A stretch of DNA of 64,000 nt from Clostridia bacterium (GTDB lineage Bacteria; Bacillota; Clostridia; UBA1212). The stretch spans positions 86,009 through 150,008 of the forward strand of contig JAFSVU010000026.1 in assembly GCA_017444825.1 (NCBI GenBank), read 5' to 3'. The position numbers were made by a program, and so were the translations under genes. Of the stretch, positions 1 through 10,534 are shown piece after piece (positions within the stretch are counted from its first letter, which is position 1; the number at the start of each line of letters is the position of its first letter). Under the pieces are notes generated by a model. The model searched no databases, was not told the DNA's origin, and saw only the letters and a program-made list of their open reading frames with translations.

Positions 1-1813
1 TTAGACTTGGAGATCTTCGAAAAATCGGGATCCTCGTCAAAGTTCATAAGCACGAACCTTGTGGCGTTCCAGATCTTATTACCGAAGTTTCTTGCAAACT
101 CAACCTTGGACGTAAGGAACCTCTGATCGTTTCCGGGAGAATTTCCGCTGATAAGGGAATATCTCAGCGCATCAGTACCGTAATCCTTGATGATCTCGAG
201 GGGATCGATACCGTTTCCAAGGGATTTTGACATCTTTCTGCCCTGCTCGTCTCTTACAAGACCGTGGATCATAACGTGTCTGAAAGGCACCTCTCCCATC
301 TGTTCGATGCCGGAGAATATCATCCTGGCCACCCAGAAGAATATGATGTCATAGCCCGTAACCAATACGTCCGTGGGATAAAAATACTTAAGTTCGGGAG
401 TCTGTTCCGGCCAGCCGAGAGTTGAAAAAGGCCAAAGTGCCGAGCTGAACCAGGTATCAAGAGTGTCCTGATCCTGTTCAAGGCTTTTGCAGCCGCACTT
501 CGGGCATACTTCCGGCTTCTCCCTTGCAACGATCATCTCGCCACAGTCAGGGCAATAATACGCAGGGATCCTGTGGCCCCACCAGAGCTGTCTTGATATA
601 CACCAATCCTGAATGTTCTCCATCCAGTTAAAGTAGATATTCTCAAACCGCTGGGGAATGAATCTTGTGTCGCCCTTTTTGACCGCTTCGATGGCAGGCT
701 CGGCAAGGGGCTTCATCTTTACGTACCACTGCTTTGAAACAAAGGGCTCAATCGTGGTGTGGCAGCGCTGACAGGTTCCGACGTTATGCTTGTAAGCTTC
801 CGTCTTCACAAGCAAGCCTTCCGCCTCAAGGTCTTTTACGATCTGTTTTCTGGCCTCAAAACGGTCCATACCGCAATATTTGCCGCCGTTCTCATTGATC
901 ACGCCTTTAGAATCCATTACCTGGATCACCTCAAGACCGTGACGTGCTCCGACGTTAAAGTCATTGGGGTCGTGAGCCGGTGTGATCTTTACAGCACCGG
1001 TACCGAATCCAAGCTCTACGTAATCATCGGCAATGACAGGAATTCTTCTTCCGACAAGAGGAAGGATAAGCTCCTTACCCACAACGTCCTTATATTTCTC
1101 GTCCTCAGGGTTTACTGCCACAGCAACATCACCGAGAAGTGTCTCGGGCCTGGTGGTTGCGATCATTATGCTTCCCGTGCCGTCGGCGAACGGATAATTT
1201 ATATACCAGAAATGGCCGTCCTGCTCTTCATATATGACCTCGATGTCGGAAATGGATGTGTTGCAGCGGGGGCACCAGTTGGTAATACGCTCGCCCTTGT
1301 AAATAAGGCCCTTCTCATAAAGACGTACAAAAACCTCGACAACGGCCTTCGAAAGGCCCTCATCCATTGTAAACCGTTCGCGCTCCCAGTCGCAGGAAGA
1401 GCCGAGTTTTTTAAGCTGATTTACGATCTTTCCGCCATATTCCCTTCTCCATGCCCAGGCTCTTTCGAGAAACTGCTCTCTTGTAACGTCTTCCTTCTTT
1501 AAGCCCTCCTGAGCCATCTTGTCAACGATCTTGGCCTCCGTCGCAATGCTGGCGTGGTCTGTGCCGGGGAGCCAAAGGGTCTCATACCCCTGCATTCTCT
1601 TGAATCTTATGATAGAGTCCTGGAGAGTGTTGTCAAGAGCATGACCCATATGAAGCTGACCGGTGATGTTCGGCGGCGGAATAACTATAGTAAAAGGTTT
1701 CTTATCGGGGTCGACGACAGCATGAAAATACCCTTTTTGCATCCAGTCGGCGTATATCCTGTCCTCGGACGAACCGGGATCGTATGATTTAGGCATATTC
1801 TCAATTGCTTTCA
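1..1813 (-). CDS. valS: Valine--tRNA ligase, N-terminal ~600 aa; the 3' end runs off the window
   Basis: Reverse-strand ATG at 1813-1811 gives [64 protein letters not shown]..., i.e. a class-I aaRS HIGH motif in ValS context. The ORF is open to the window edge. The 247-aa + ORF at 759..1502 is antisense to it. Confidence 0.85.
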
Positions 1814-1901
1814 TTTCAGTGAACCTCCAAAATACATGTAAGGCCGGGATCGGATCCTAAGCGGCCTTGAAATTGCATTATAATTTTAATATAAAAATAA
1901 G

Positions 1902-4424
1902 TCAAGTTTCAGCAGAAAGCGACTGCTTTTCCCGCTGTTTTTTCCCGGTCTTCCGGTTCTTTCTTCTCTGATCTTCGGTTTTCTTTTCCGGTTCGGCTAA
2001 AGAACCGCATTTGTAGTTGTCATCTCTGATAACCAAAGCATAGCCAAGGCTGTCAAGAAGCGACCAGGCTCCGTCAAGAAGAGTATAGTCGTATTTGATC
2101 ACGTCGGCTTCCGCCTCTTCCTCTGGTGTCACGTCGTTCATGTGTTTTGTGACATAATCCTTGAGATCTTTTTCATAGTCCTTGCTGTCCGAATTTGGAT
2201 ATAACTTGTCAAATCTTGAAACAAGAGCTTTGACCTTACGGAACGTGTATAAAGCATCGAACGTACACAGATTACCGTGATGCCTGAGAGCAAAATTCTT
2301 GCCAAAGGAATGTTCCTTTTTTTCATTAAGCTCGCACAGTATTGACTGTTCCGATGCCGGAACAAAGCCTTTTGTAATATGGAAAGCGTTCCACCTGGTA
2401 TGCTCCGTTTCCGCAAGATTACCTCTTTTTGATCCTTTTAAAAAGTCCGGGGAGAACTCAAGCATATATACACCACTTTCCATCTCCTTGAGATGAGGCA
2501 TATCATCTTTCCCGTAAATAGCATAATACTCATCAAAAGTCAGTTGATGCGCCTTGTCATAACTCTTTGGAACGATATTAAGTCCCATAAGATGCATTTT
2601 TAACCTTAGAGAAAGCACTGCGTATGTATTCGACAATCTCTGAAATTCATTCTGCCCGTACCATTTGGCATTAATGCCGTCATCGATCCGGAACTCTGAA
2701 ACACCTGTCTTAACGAAACCGTATTTATGTAACACGTAATTATGTATAGCGGCGTTGTTGTATTTCTCATTTGTGATCATTTTGTAGTTGAACTTGGTCT
2801 CACGGTCTACGCCGAAACAAAAGACTCTGTCCCGTAGAGTCGATGAAAAATAGATCTTCTTGTCAGAATATGCCTTATTCGAAGACGTCCTTGTAAAGAA
2901 ATACGTATTGGCGGATCTTTGGCGATCGTCGGAAACAGTCATAATAAGCTTATTTACGATATCAACGTTCGCAGAATCAGAACCCAAGGCAACGATCACA
3001 AAGTTAAGGTCCTTTTCATTGGCGCCAAGGCAGGATACTACGTTTTTGTAAAAATCACTGTCGTTAATGTCGCACTCTTTAAACTGTTCTGTGGCGGGAA
3101 GTTCCGGAACTTCCAGATAATCTCCCGAGTTTTTGACATACTTGCCGTCTTTATCAACGGAACGTTTGTTATATGCGCATATCCCGTCATGACATGATTC
3201 GGGATCCATATCAAGCCTGTATTCATTCTTATCTCCGATCCGATCGAAAAACTCACGTCTGTATCTGTAATACGTGTGATTAAGGTTTTTATGATCTACG
3301 GATTTGTTCTTGTCAAAGAAATAATAATTGACCTTCTTAAGCTTCTTCTCAGTCTTTCCGTCCTTCGATGTATACTCACTGAGAAACTGGTTAGTCGCGA
3401 CCATAGTCAGGAACATCTGCTGATTTGTCCTTCCGAAGCCTACAAACACGACGTTGATATTTACGTCGGGGCGGATCAGCGCTTTTTCAGTGTCGATATG
3501 CTCCTTTGTCATAAATTCGGTAAGAGGGTATTTCCCGCAAAAATCCATGGCCAGAAGTGTATATTCGTTCTTATAATGTAAAAAACCGTGCGATTCATTA
3601 ACAAAGGAAACGTATGTATTCTCAAACTCTCTGTCGCCAAGCACGTAAGCATCGAAGCGGTGGTCGGGCTTGTCCGGTCCCGTATAGTTATTATTGGCGA
3701 GTTCGTTCGCAAATGAAACTATGCGTCCGCACCAGAACATATTCAGTTCTTCGTCATTGGTGTTGATAATGATATTGATCTTTCCGGGTTTTCTGAAACG
3801 CCTGTACTGCATAAAAACGTATTTCTCAAGCCAGGCCTCCAGATGGTCATTGCTGCTGAACGAAAGAAAAGAGGCTCCTTTAAGAAACAGCTCATCGGCC
3901 TGCTCTTTTTTCATCACGTCAGCAATATATTTACGTTTTACGTCACACGTATTGTAGATCTCGAGATTCTCACTGTTGTTACCAATGATAACGACTTTTT
4001 CCTTGCGGGAGAATTTGAAGGACAGTCTAAAGCGGGCCATATCAATGCCCTGATGAAACAGAGAAATGACCAGTAACACCGCATTTATAAATACCAAAAC
4101 GTAGCAGAGATAAAGAGCGATTTTAAAAAATATGTTTGCGTCGATCAGGCCGAGATCGAAGGTGTATTTAAGGGCTATAAGACTTATGGACTCGGAAACG
4201 CCCTTCCAGAGGGCCTTGAAAAAAGAAAGCCCGTCATAGTAAAAACCAATGGTGAGAAGAGGAATCGCGACGAAATAAATAATGGTGCATTTACCGATCT
4301 TAAAACTTCTCAAATAAGCGCGTTTAGCCGATCTCCCCGGCTTTTTAAAAAAGCTAAACACCACCGCAAACACAAGGCAGACCATAAATACAATGCAGAG
4401 AATGGAAACAATTGTGTAAAGCAT
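1902..4424 (-). CDS. Hypothetical 840-aa integral membrane protein. It has 4 N-terminal TM helices, then a large Lys/Asn/Tyr/Asp-rich soluble region with two Rossmann/RCK(TrkA-N)-like beta-alpha starts (KVVIIGNNSENLEIY and NVVFVGFGRTNQQMFL) and a possible RyR-like motif (LAETEHTRWNAFHITKGF). It may be a CASTOR/POLLUX- or RCK-type channel-like protein
   Basis: Long ORF with an AGGAGG RBS 9 nt upstream of the ATG at 4424. Hydrophobic N-terminus MLYTIVSILCIVFMVCLVFAVVF... Strongly AT-rich codon usage, unlike the flanking groEL and valS. The function call is weak. Confidence 0.6.
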   Translation of the reverse strand: MLYTIVSILCIVFMVCLVFAVVFSFFKKPGRSAKRAYLRSFKIGKCTIIYFVAIPLLTIGFYYDGLSFFKALWKGVSESISLIALKYTFDLGLIDANIFFKIALYLCYVLVFINAVLLVISLFHQGIDMARFRLSFKFSRKEKVVIIGNNSENLEIYNTCDVKRKYIADVMKKEQADELFLKGASFLSFSSNDHLEAWLEKYVFMQYRRFRKPGKINIIINTNDEELNMFWCGRIVSFANELANNNYTGPDKPDHRFDAYVLGDREFENTYVSFVNESHGFLHYKNEYTLLAMDFCGKYPLTEFMTKEHIDTEKALIRPDVNINVVFVGFGRTNQQMFLTMVATNQFLSEYTSKDGKTEKKLKKVNYYFFDKNKSVDHKNLNHTYYRYRREFFDRIGDKNEYRLDMDPESCHDGICAYNKRSVDKDGKYVKNSGDYLEVPELPATEQFKECDINDSDFYKNVVSCLGANEKDLNFVIVALGSDSANVDIVNKLIMTVSDDRQRSANTYFFTRTSSNKAYSDKKIYFSSTLRDRVFCFGVDRETKFNYKMITNEKYNNAAIHNYVLHKYGFVKTGVSEFRIDDGINAKWYGQNEFQRLSNTYAVLSLRLKMHLMGLNIVPKSYDKAHQLTFDEYYAIYGKDDMPHLKEMESGVYMLEFSPDFLKGSKRGNLAETEHTRWNAFHITKGFVPASEQSILCELNEKKEHSFGKNFALRHHGNLCTFDALYTFRKVKALVSRFDKLYPNSDSKDYEKDLKDYVTKHMNDVTPEEEAEADVIKYDYTLLDGAWSLLDSLGYALVIRDDNYKCGSLAEPEKKTEDQRRKNRKTGKKQREKQSLSAET

Positions 4425-4524
4425 AAAGTCTGCCTCCTGTTTCGTACGGCAACAGGCCGGAAAAGAAAATCTTCCCGGCCTTCAGTCATAAATTTGTTAA
4501 GAAGTCAAATCTCAGAATGGCTTA

Positions 4525-6162
<1,638 letters not shown>

Positions 6163-6219
6163 TTATATAACCAATGCCGAAAGGGTCTTAAAAGCCCCTG
6201 CGCATGATCAAATTCTTAA

Positions 6220-6510
6220 TTAATCCTCGACAACTGCGAGAAGATCACTCTGTCTGATGATCATGAAGGTCTCGCCGTCAAGCTTAACTTCAGTGCCGGA
6301 ATACTTGCTCATCATAACTTTATCGCCGACTTTAACTTCCATCGGTATAAGCTTACCGTTATCGTCTCTTCCGCCCGGTCCAACTGCAACTACTACGGCA
6401 TAGTCCTGCTTTTCTTTAGCGCTGCCGGTGAGAATGACGCCGCCCTTGGATTTTGTCTCAAGGTCAAGCATTTTAATAACTATCTTATCACTTAAAGGTC
6501 TGATTTTCAT
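6220..6510 (-). CDS. groS: Co-chaperonin GroES (10 kDa)
   Basis: 96 aa, MKIRPLSDKIVIKMLDLETKSKGGVILTGSAKEKQDYAVVVAVGPG...; lies 69 nt upstream of groEL, the classic operon. Confidence 0.95.
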   Translation of the reverse strand: MKIRPLSDKIVIKMLDLETKSKGGVILTGSAKEKQDYAVVVAVGPGGRDDNGKLIPMEVKVGDKVMMSKYSGTEVKLDGETFMIIRQSDLLAVVED

Positions 6511-6566
6511 ATTGTCCTCCAGATTATTTCAGCCGCTGGTTACAGCCGTTGATTATGATTTTTGTT

Positions 6567-6593
6567 TTAGCACTCAAAAGGTTCAAGTGCTAA
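6567..6593 (-). promoter_or_regulatory. CIRCE element (HrcA operator) in the groES leader
   Basis: TTAGCACTC-aaaaggttc-AAGTGCTAA. This differs from the consensus TTAGCACTC-N9-GAGTGCTAA at one position and sits immediately downstream of the -10 on the transcribed strand. Confidence 0.8.
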
Positions 6594-6601
6594 CAGAGCA
6601 T

Positions 6602-6629
6602 ATTATACTACAAAAATATTGCTTTGCAA
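6602..6629 (-). promoter_or_regulatory. Putative sigma-A promoter of groES-groEL
   Basis: On the minus strand: TTGCAA (6629-6624), a 16-nt spacer, then TATAAT (6607-6602), just upstream of CIRCE. Confidence 0.5.
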
Positions 6630-6664
6630 CCCCTAAAACAAAGATTCTCGGGTTTAAGATAAAT

Positions 6665-9118
6665 TTAAAGTTTCTTAAGCTTTGTGTACTGCATCGCAAA
6701 CCGTTTCAAGCCAAACTTCTCAAAAGATATCTCACATATCCTGTCGTCCCGGTCAGCGGTCAATTCCCCCTCAATGGAGGTGACAAGGCCCTCACCGAAC
6801 TTGGGATGGGCTACGTGATCTCCGATCCTGATGTCCTTATCGCCGGCCTTCGCGCCAAGCCTTGCCTCTTCAAGCTTTACCGACGTTGTGTTAAGAGGCT
6901 TCCCGGCTGTAAAAACTTTCTTATTTATAGGCTTCTGATCATCGCCAAAGGGATCGTCATCAAAGGAAGGGAACAATGATGAAGACCTGTTATCCCCGCC
7001 GTTCTTTTTTCCGTATGAGCCGAATGAAGAATATCCGTTCCTGCCGTAGCCTCTGTATCCGTAGCCCTGATTTTCGGAATTTCCGTAAGTAAGATAATCG
7101 CCTTTGTCGCCATAGGAAACGTAGCCGGTATAACTTCTCCCTGTGGCGGCTCTTTCAGATATCTCTTCTCCCAGATAATTAACATACTTTGAATTCTCTT
7201 GGGGAATTCCGTCTAAGAACTCGGACTTGGGATTGAATTTTGTCTGGCCGTAGAGCATGCGTTCTTTCACATATGAAAGATAGAGCCTCTCTTTAGCTCT
7301 TGTTATCGCAACGTAGCAGAGCCTACGCTCCTCGTCAATATTGCCCTCGTCCATGGCCCTGATAGTCGGGAATATGCCCTCCTCCATGGCTACAACGAAC
7401 ACGACAGGGAACTCAAGTCCTTTGCTGCTGTGGATAGTCATAAGGGTGACTTTATCGGAATCGTCTTCTTCCTTCGCATCCATGTCTGTAGTGAGGGAAA
7501 TGTTCTGAAGGAATCCGGCAAGTGAATTCTCGAGAGTTGAGTCCTGCTCCGTGGCGGTAACGTAATCCTTGGCGACTGTGACAAACTCCATAAGGTTTCC
7601 GCAGCGGTCCTCATCCTTTTCTTTGTCGCTGGCCTCGTAAAAATATCTGAGCCCCATCTCCTCGTTTACAAGCTCCACAAACTCCGGAACGGAAAGGTCC
7701 GGAAGCTTTGAAGCCACATTTTCATAGCAGTCTGCAAAGTCTTTCAGCGAAACGGCGTATCTTGAAAGCTCGGGATAGTCCTTGACGTTTGCGGCCACTT
7801 CCACAGGCGTGATATGATTTCTGTTTGCGATCTGAATGATGGTCTCAACGCCCTTGTCGCCAATGGACCGCTTCGGGATGTTGATGATGGATGTGAAAGC
7901 ATTGGCGTCACCGGGGCTTTCAAACAGACGTAGATAATTGATGAGAACCTTGACCTCGGCCCGCTCAAAGAAGCGCATGCCGCCGTAGACTCTTAGCGGA
8001 AGCGCACGTCTCACAAATTCCGATTCGAGATACTGGGAAAGAGCATTCTGCCTGTAAAGGATAGCAATGTCCTCGTAACCGTATTTGCCGGAGGACACAA
8101 GCCTTGAGATCTCGCCCGCGATGAATCTGCTCTCGTCCAGCTGATTCTCACCGATGAACCTGGCGATCTTTTCACCGCCCTTTTTGGCTGTCCAGAGTTT
8201 CTTTTCCTTTCTGGATCCGTTGTTCTCCGAGATAACGCTGTTAGCAGCGTCAAGGATATTCTTGGTAGAGCGGTAGTTCTGCTCAAGCTTGATCACAGTG
8301 CAGTCGGGAAAATCCTTCTCAAAGCTTAATATATTGTTTATATCAGCTCCTCTGAAGCTGTAGATCGACTGGTCGTCGTCACCCACCACGCAAAGGTTTC
8401 CGTGAGGCGAAAGGAGTCTCACAAGAAGGTACTGGACCTTGTTTGTGTCCTGGTACTCGTCAACCATTATATATCTGTACCTGGTGGCGTAAAAATCGCA
8501 TACGTCGGGATGGTCCTTAAGAAGCTGTACCGCCTTCACAAGCATGTCATCGAAGTCAAGCGCATTGTTCTCAAACATTTTCTGATCGTAAAGCCTGTAT
8601 ACCTTAAGAAGGGTCCTGTCCTGAGGATTGTGAGGATTCAGCATCCTTGAATACTCATCCGGCGAAGTCATATTGTTCTTGAGCTTGGAAATGAGAGCCC
8701 TGTAAAGCCCCGGGTTCTCTTTCTTCGCGTCCATTTCCAGATCCTTGAAGCAGTCCTTAATGACCCTTTCTGTATCCTTCTCGTCATAGATGGCAAACGA
8801 AGAAGTATAACCAATGAGCTGCGCCCTGTCCCTTAGGATCTGACCGCAGAACCTGTGAAAGGTGCTGATAAAAGCGCCTCTTGACTCATCGCCAAGCATG
8901 CTCTCGACCCTTTCGCGCATCTCCCGCGCGGCCTTGTTGGTAAACGTTATAGCAAGGATATTGTACGGAGAAACACCGTACCGCTCAATGAGATAAGCGA
9001 TACGGTAGGTTATGACCCTGGTCTTTCCGCTGCCTGCGCCCGCAAGTATCAGCACCGGCCCGTCTTTTTGAGTCACAGCTTTATACTGTTCCGGATTTAG
9101 TTCCTGTTCGTAATTCAT
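6665..9118 (-). CDS. pcrA: ATP-dependent DNA helicase PcrA (UvrD family) with a Gly/Tyr/Ser-rich low-complexity linker before the C-terminal Tudor-like domain
   Basis: MNYEQELNPEQYKAVTQKDGPVLILAGAGSGKTRVITYRIAYLI... (helicase motif I), plus DEYQDTN and the other SF1 motifs. The ATG at 9118 lies 1 nt after the rlmB stop. The alternative ATG at 9160 adds 14 aa. Confidence 0.9.
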   Translation of the reverse strand: MNYEQELNPEQYKAVTQKDGPVLILAGAGSGKTRVITYRIAYLIERYGVSPYNILAITFTNKAAREMRERVESMLGDESRGAFISTFHRFCGQILRDRAQLIGYTSSFAIYDEKDTERVIKDCFKDLEMDAKKENPGLYRALISKLKNNMTSPDEYSRMLNPHNPQDRTLLKVYRLYDQKMFENNALDFDDMLVKAVQLLKDHPDVCDFYATRYRYIMVDEYQDTNKVQYLLVRLLSPHGNLCVVGDDDQSIYSFRGADINNILSFEKDFPDCTVIKLEQNYRSTKNILDAANSVISENNGSRKEKKLWTAKKGGEKIARFIGENQLDESRFIAGEISRLVSSGKYGYEDIAILYRQNALSQYLESEFVRRALPLRVYGGMRFFERAEVKVLINYLRLFESPGDANAFTSIINIPKRSIGDKGVETIIQIANRNHITPVEVAANVKDYPELSRYAVSLKDFADCYENVASKLPDLSVPEFVELVNEEMGLRYFYEASDKEKDEDRCGNLMEFVTVAKDYVTATEQDSTLENSLAGFLQNISLTTDMDAKEEDDSDKVTLMTIHSSKGLEFPVVFVVAMEEGIFPTIRAMDEGNIDEERRLCYVAITRAKERLYLSYVKERMLYGQTKFNPKSEFLDGIPQENSKYVNYLGEEISERAATGRSYTGYVSYGDKGDYLTYGNSENQGYGYRGYGRNGYSSFGSYGKKNGGDNRSSSLFPSFDDDPFGDDQKPINKKVFTAGKPLNTTSVKLEEARLGAKAGDKDIRIGDHVAHPKFGEGLVTSIEGELTADRDDRICEISFEKFGLKRFAMQYTKLKKL

Positions 9119-9119
9119 A

Positions 9120-9932
9120 TTATTTATTGTTTCTGTGTGTCCTCTGTCTGAAAACTTCATAAAGTACTACGCCGGCGGCAACGGAAGCGTTAAGCGAAGA
9201 AACTGTGCCGGCCATGGGAATGTTTACAGTGTAGTCGCACTTTTCGGCAACAAGCCTTCCCATGCCTTCCGCCTCGTTTCCGATGACCACCGCAACAGGC
9301 CCCGAAAAGTCAGCATTATAAAACGTGGTCTTCCCGTCAGCTGCGGTACCGGTCACCCAAAGGCCTTTCTTTTTGAGCTCCTCAATGGTATTTACTATAC
9401 TCGGAACTCTGGCAACCTTCACGTAGCTCACAGCACCCGAGGATGCTTTAGCGACCGCACCCGTAAGAGGCACCGCCCGTCTCTTGGGAATAATAATTCC
9501 GTGCGCACCAACGGCGTCGGCAGTTCTGATTATGGCGCCAAGATTTCCGGCATCCTGGATCTCGTCAAGAATAATTATAAAAGGATCCTCGCCCTTTTCC
9601 TCCGCAAGCTTTAAAATGTCATCCACGTCAGCGTAGTCTGCTGCAGCCACGTATGCGGCGACACCCTGGTGATTACCGTTTCCGCAGAGCTCGTCAAGTT
9701 TTTCTCTGGACTGTTTTACGACCACGATGTTATTGCTTTTGGCCTCAGCGATAATTGCTCCGAGACTTCCGGACATCTCGCCGGAAAAGCAGATCTTATT
9801 GATCGAGCGTCCCGACTTTAAAGCCTCCTGGACCGTATTTCTTCCGTAAATGATCTCGTGGGAGGTCTCGCCCGGTGCCTCTGAAACCCGTTTCTTGTCG
9901 GGTCTGTATTTATTACCCCGTCCGTAACTCAT
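9120..9932 (-). CDS. rlmB: 23S rRNA (guanosine-2'-O)-methyltransferase RlmB (SpoU/TrmH family)
   Basis: N-terminal L30e-like substrate-binding region (IYGRNTVQEAL) followed by a SPOUT domain (VAVVIGNEAEGMGRLV...NIPMAGTVSSLNASVAAGVVLYE). Confidence 0.8.
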   Translation of the reverse strand: MSYGRGNKYRPDKKRVSEAPGETSHEIIYGRNTVQEALKSGRSINKICFSGEMSGSLGAIIAEAKSNNIVVVKQSREKLDELCGNGNHQGVAAYVAAADYADVDDILKLAEEKGEDPFIIILDEIQDAGNLGAIIRTADAVGAHGIIIPKRRAVPLTGAVAKASSGAVSYVKVARVPSIVNTIEELKKKGLWVTGTAADGKTTFYNADFSGPVAVVIGNEAEGMGRLVAEKCDYTVNIPMAGTVSSLNASVAAGVVLYEVFRQRTHRNNK

Positions 9933-9944
9933 AACTGCTCCTGT

Positions 9945-10403
9945 CTATCTGTCAGCGGCGTCAATGTAAGCAGAGACATCCGGCTCACAAAGCGCCAATA
10001 TTTCCAAAAGCCTTGCGTCATCACCGGAAAGCTCAAGATAACCGATGAGAGCCTCAAACCCTGTCGCCTTGAGATAGTCCTCTATCGACTGATTTTTCGG
10101 TATACTTTTAGGCTTGGAATTCCTTCCTCTTTTCACGATGGAAAGCTCCGTTTCGGAAAGACTTCCTGTTAAGGAATCAAGTATCTTTGCCTGGGCTCCT
10201 GCGTTTACAGCAGCGGAGCAAACCTTATGAAGTTTCCTCACTCTGGCTCCCGGGATCCTTTTCACAGCAAGTTCACGTACAAAACGTTCAAATACCGTAT
10301 CGCCAATGAATGCCAGCGTCAGGGCATTGTTTAAGGCCGCATCCTTATCTGTAAACTCGTCAAAAACAGGCATTTCCACTCCTCCGGGAGCATCCTGTTT
10401 CAC
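9945..10403 (-). CDS. mrnC: Mini-ribonuclease 3 (Mini-III, YazC/MrnC)
   Basis: LNNALTLAFIGDTVFERFVRELAV... is a single RNase III catalytic-domain signature in a protein of about 140 aa. In Firmicutes mrnC typically lies next to rlmB. Confidence 0.7.
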   Translation of the reverse strand: MKQDAPGGVEMPVFDEFTDKDAALNNALTLAFIGDTVFERFVRELAVKRIPGARVRKLHKVCSAAVNAGAQAKILDSLTGSLSETELSIVKRGRNSKPKSIPKNQSIEDYLKATGFEALIGYLELSGDDARLLEILALCEPDVSAYIDAADR

Positions 10404-10534
10404 AGCAAAAAAGCAGATGCTTCCGAGCTGAAATTATACATTAAAAAACCTTTTCGGTCAACCAAAAAAGGCATAAAGAAAGGGGGCTTATTGCCCCGCA
10501 CCTAAACATAAAATACTCCTAAATAAAGGGATAT

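Noticed and set aside
759-1502. 247-aa + strand ORF
   Set aside because: It lies entirely antisense to the clearly recognisable valS reading frame.
1814-1901. T-box leader expected upstream of valS
   Set aside because: Only 88 nt separate the valS start from the preceding gene's stop, which is too short for a T-box. No specifier/T-box motif (AGGGUGGNACCGCG) was seen.
2000-2200. K+ channel selectivity filter in the 840-aa protein (TIGFYYDG)
   Set aside because: It does not match the T[VI]GYG signature, so only a generic 'channel-like' label is retained.
4458-4490. Strong intrinsic terminator after groEL
   Set aside because: A GC stem (ggccgg...ccggcc) exists but is not followed by a U-tract on the transcribed strand, so it is only a weak or partial terminator. 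It is not listed as a feature.
9135-9614. 159-aa + strand ORF
   Set aside because: Antisense to rlmB, with no supporting signals.
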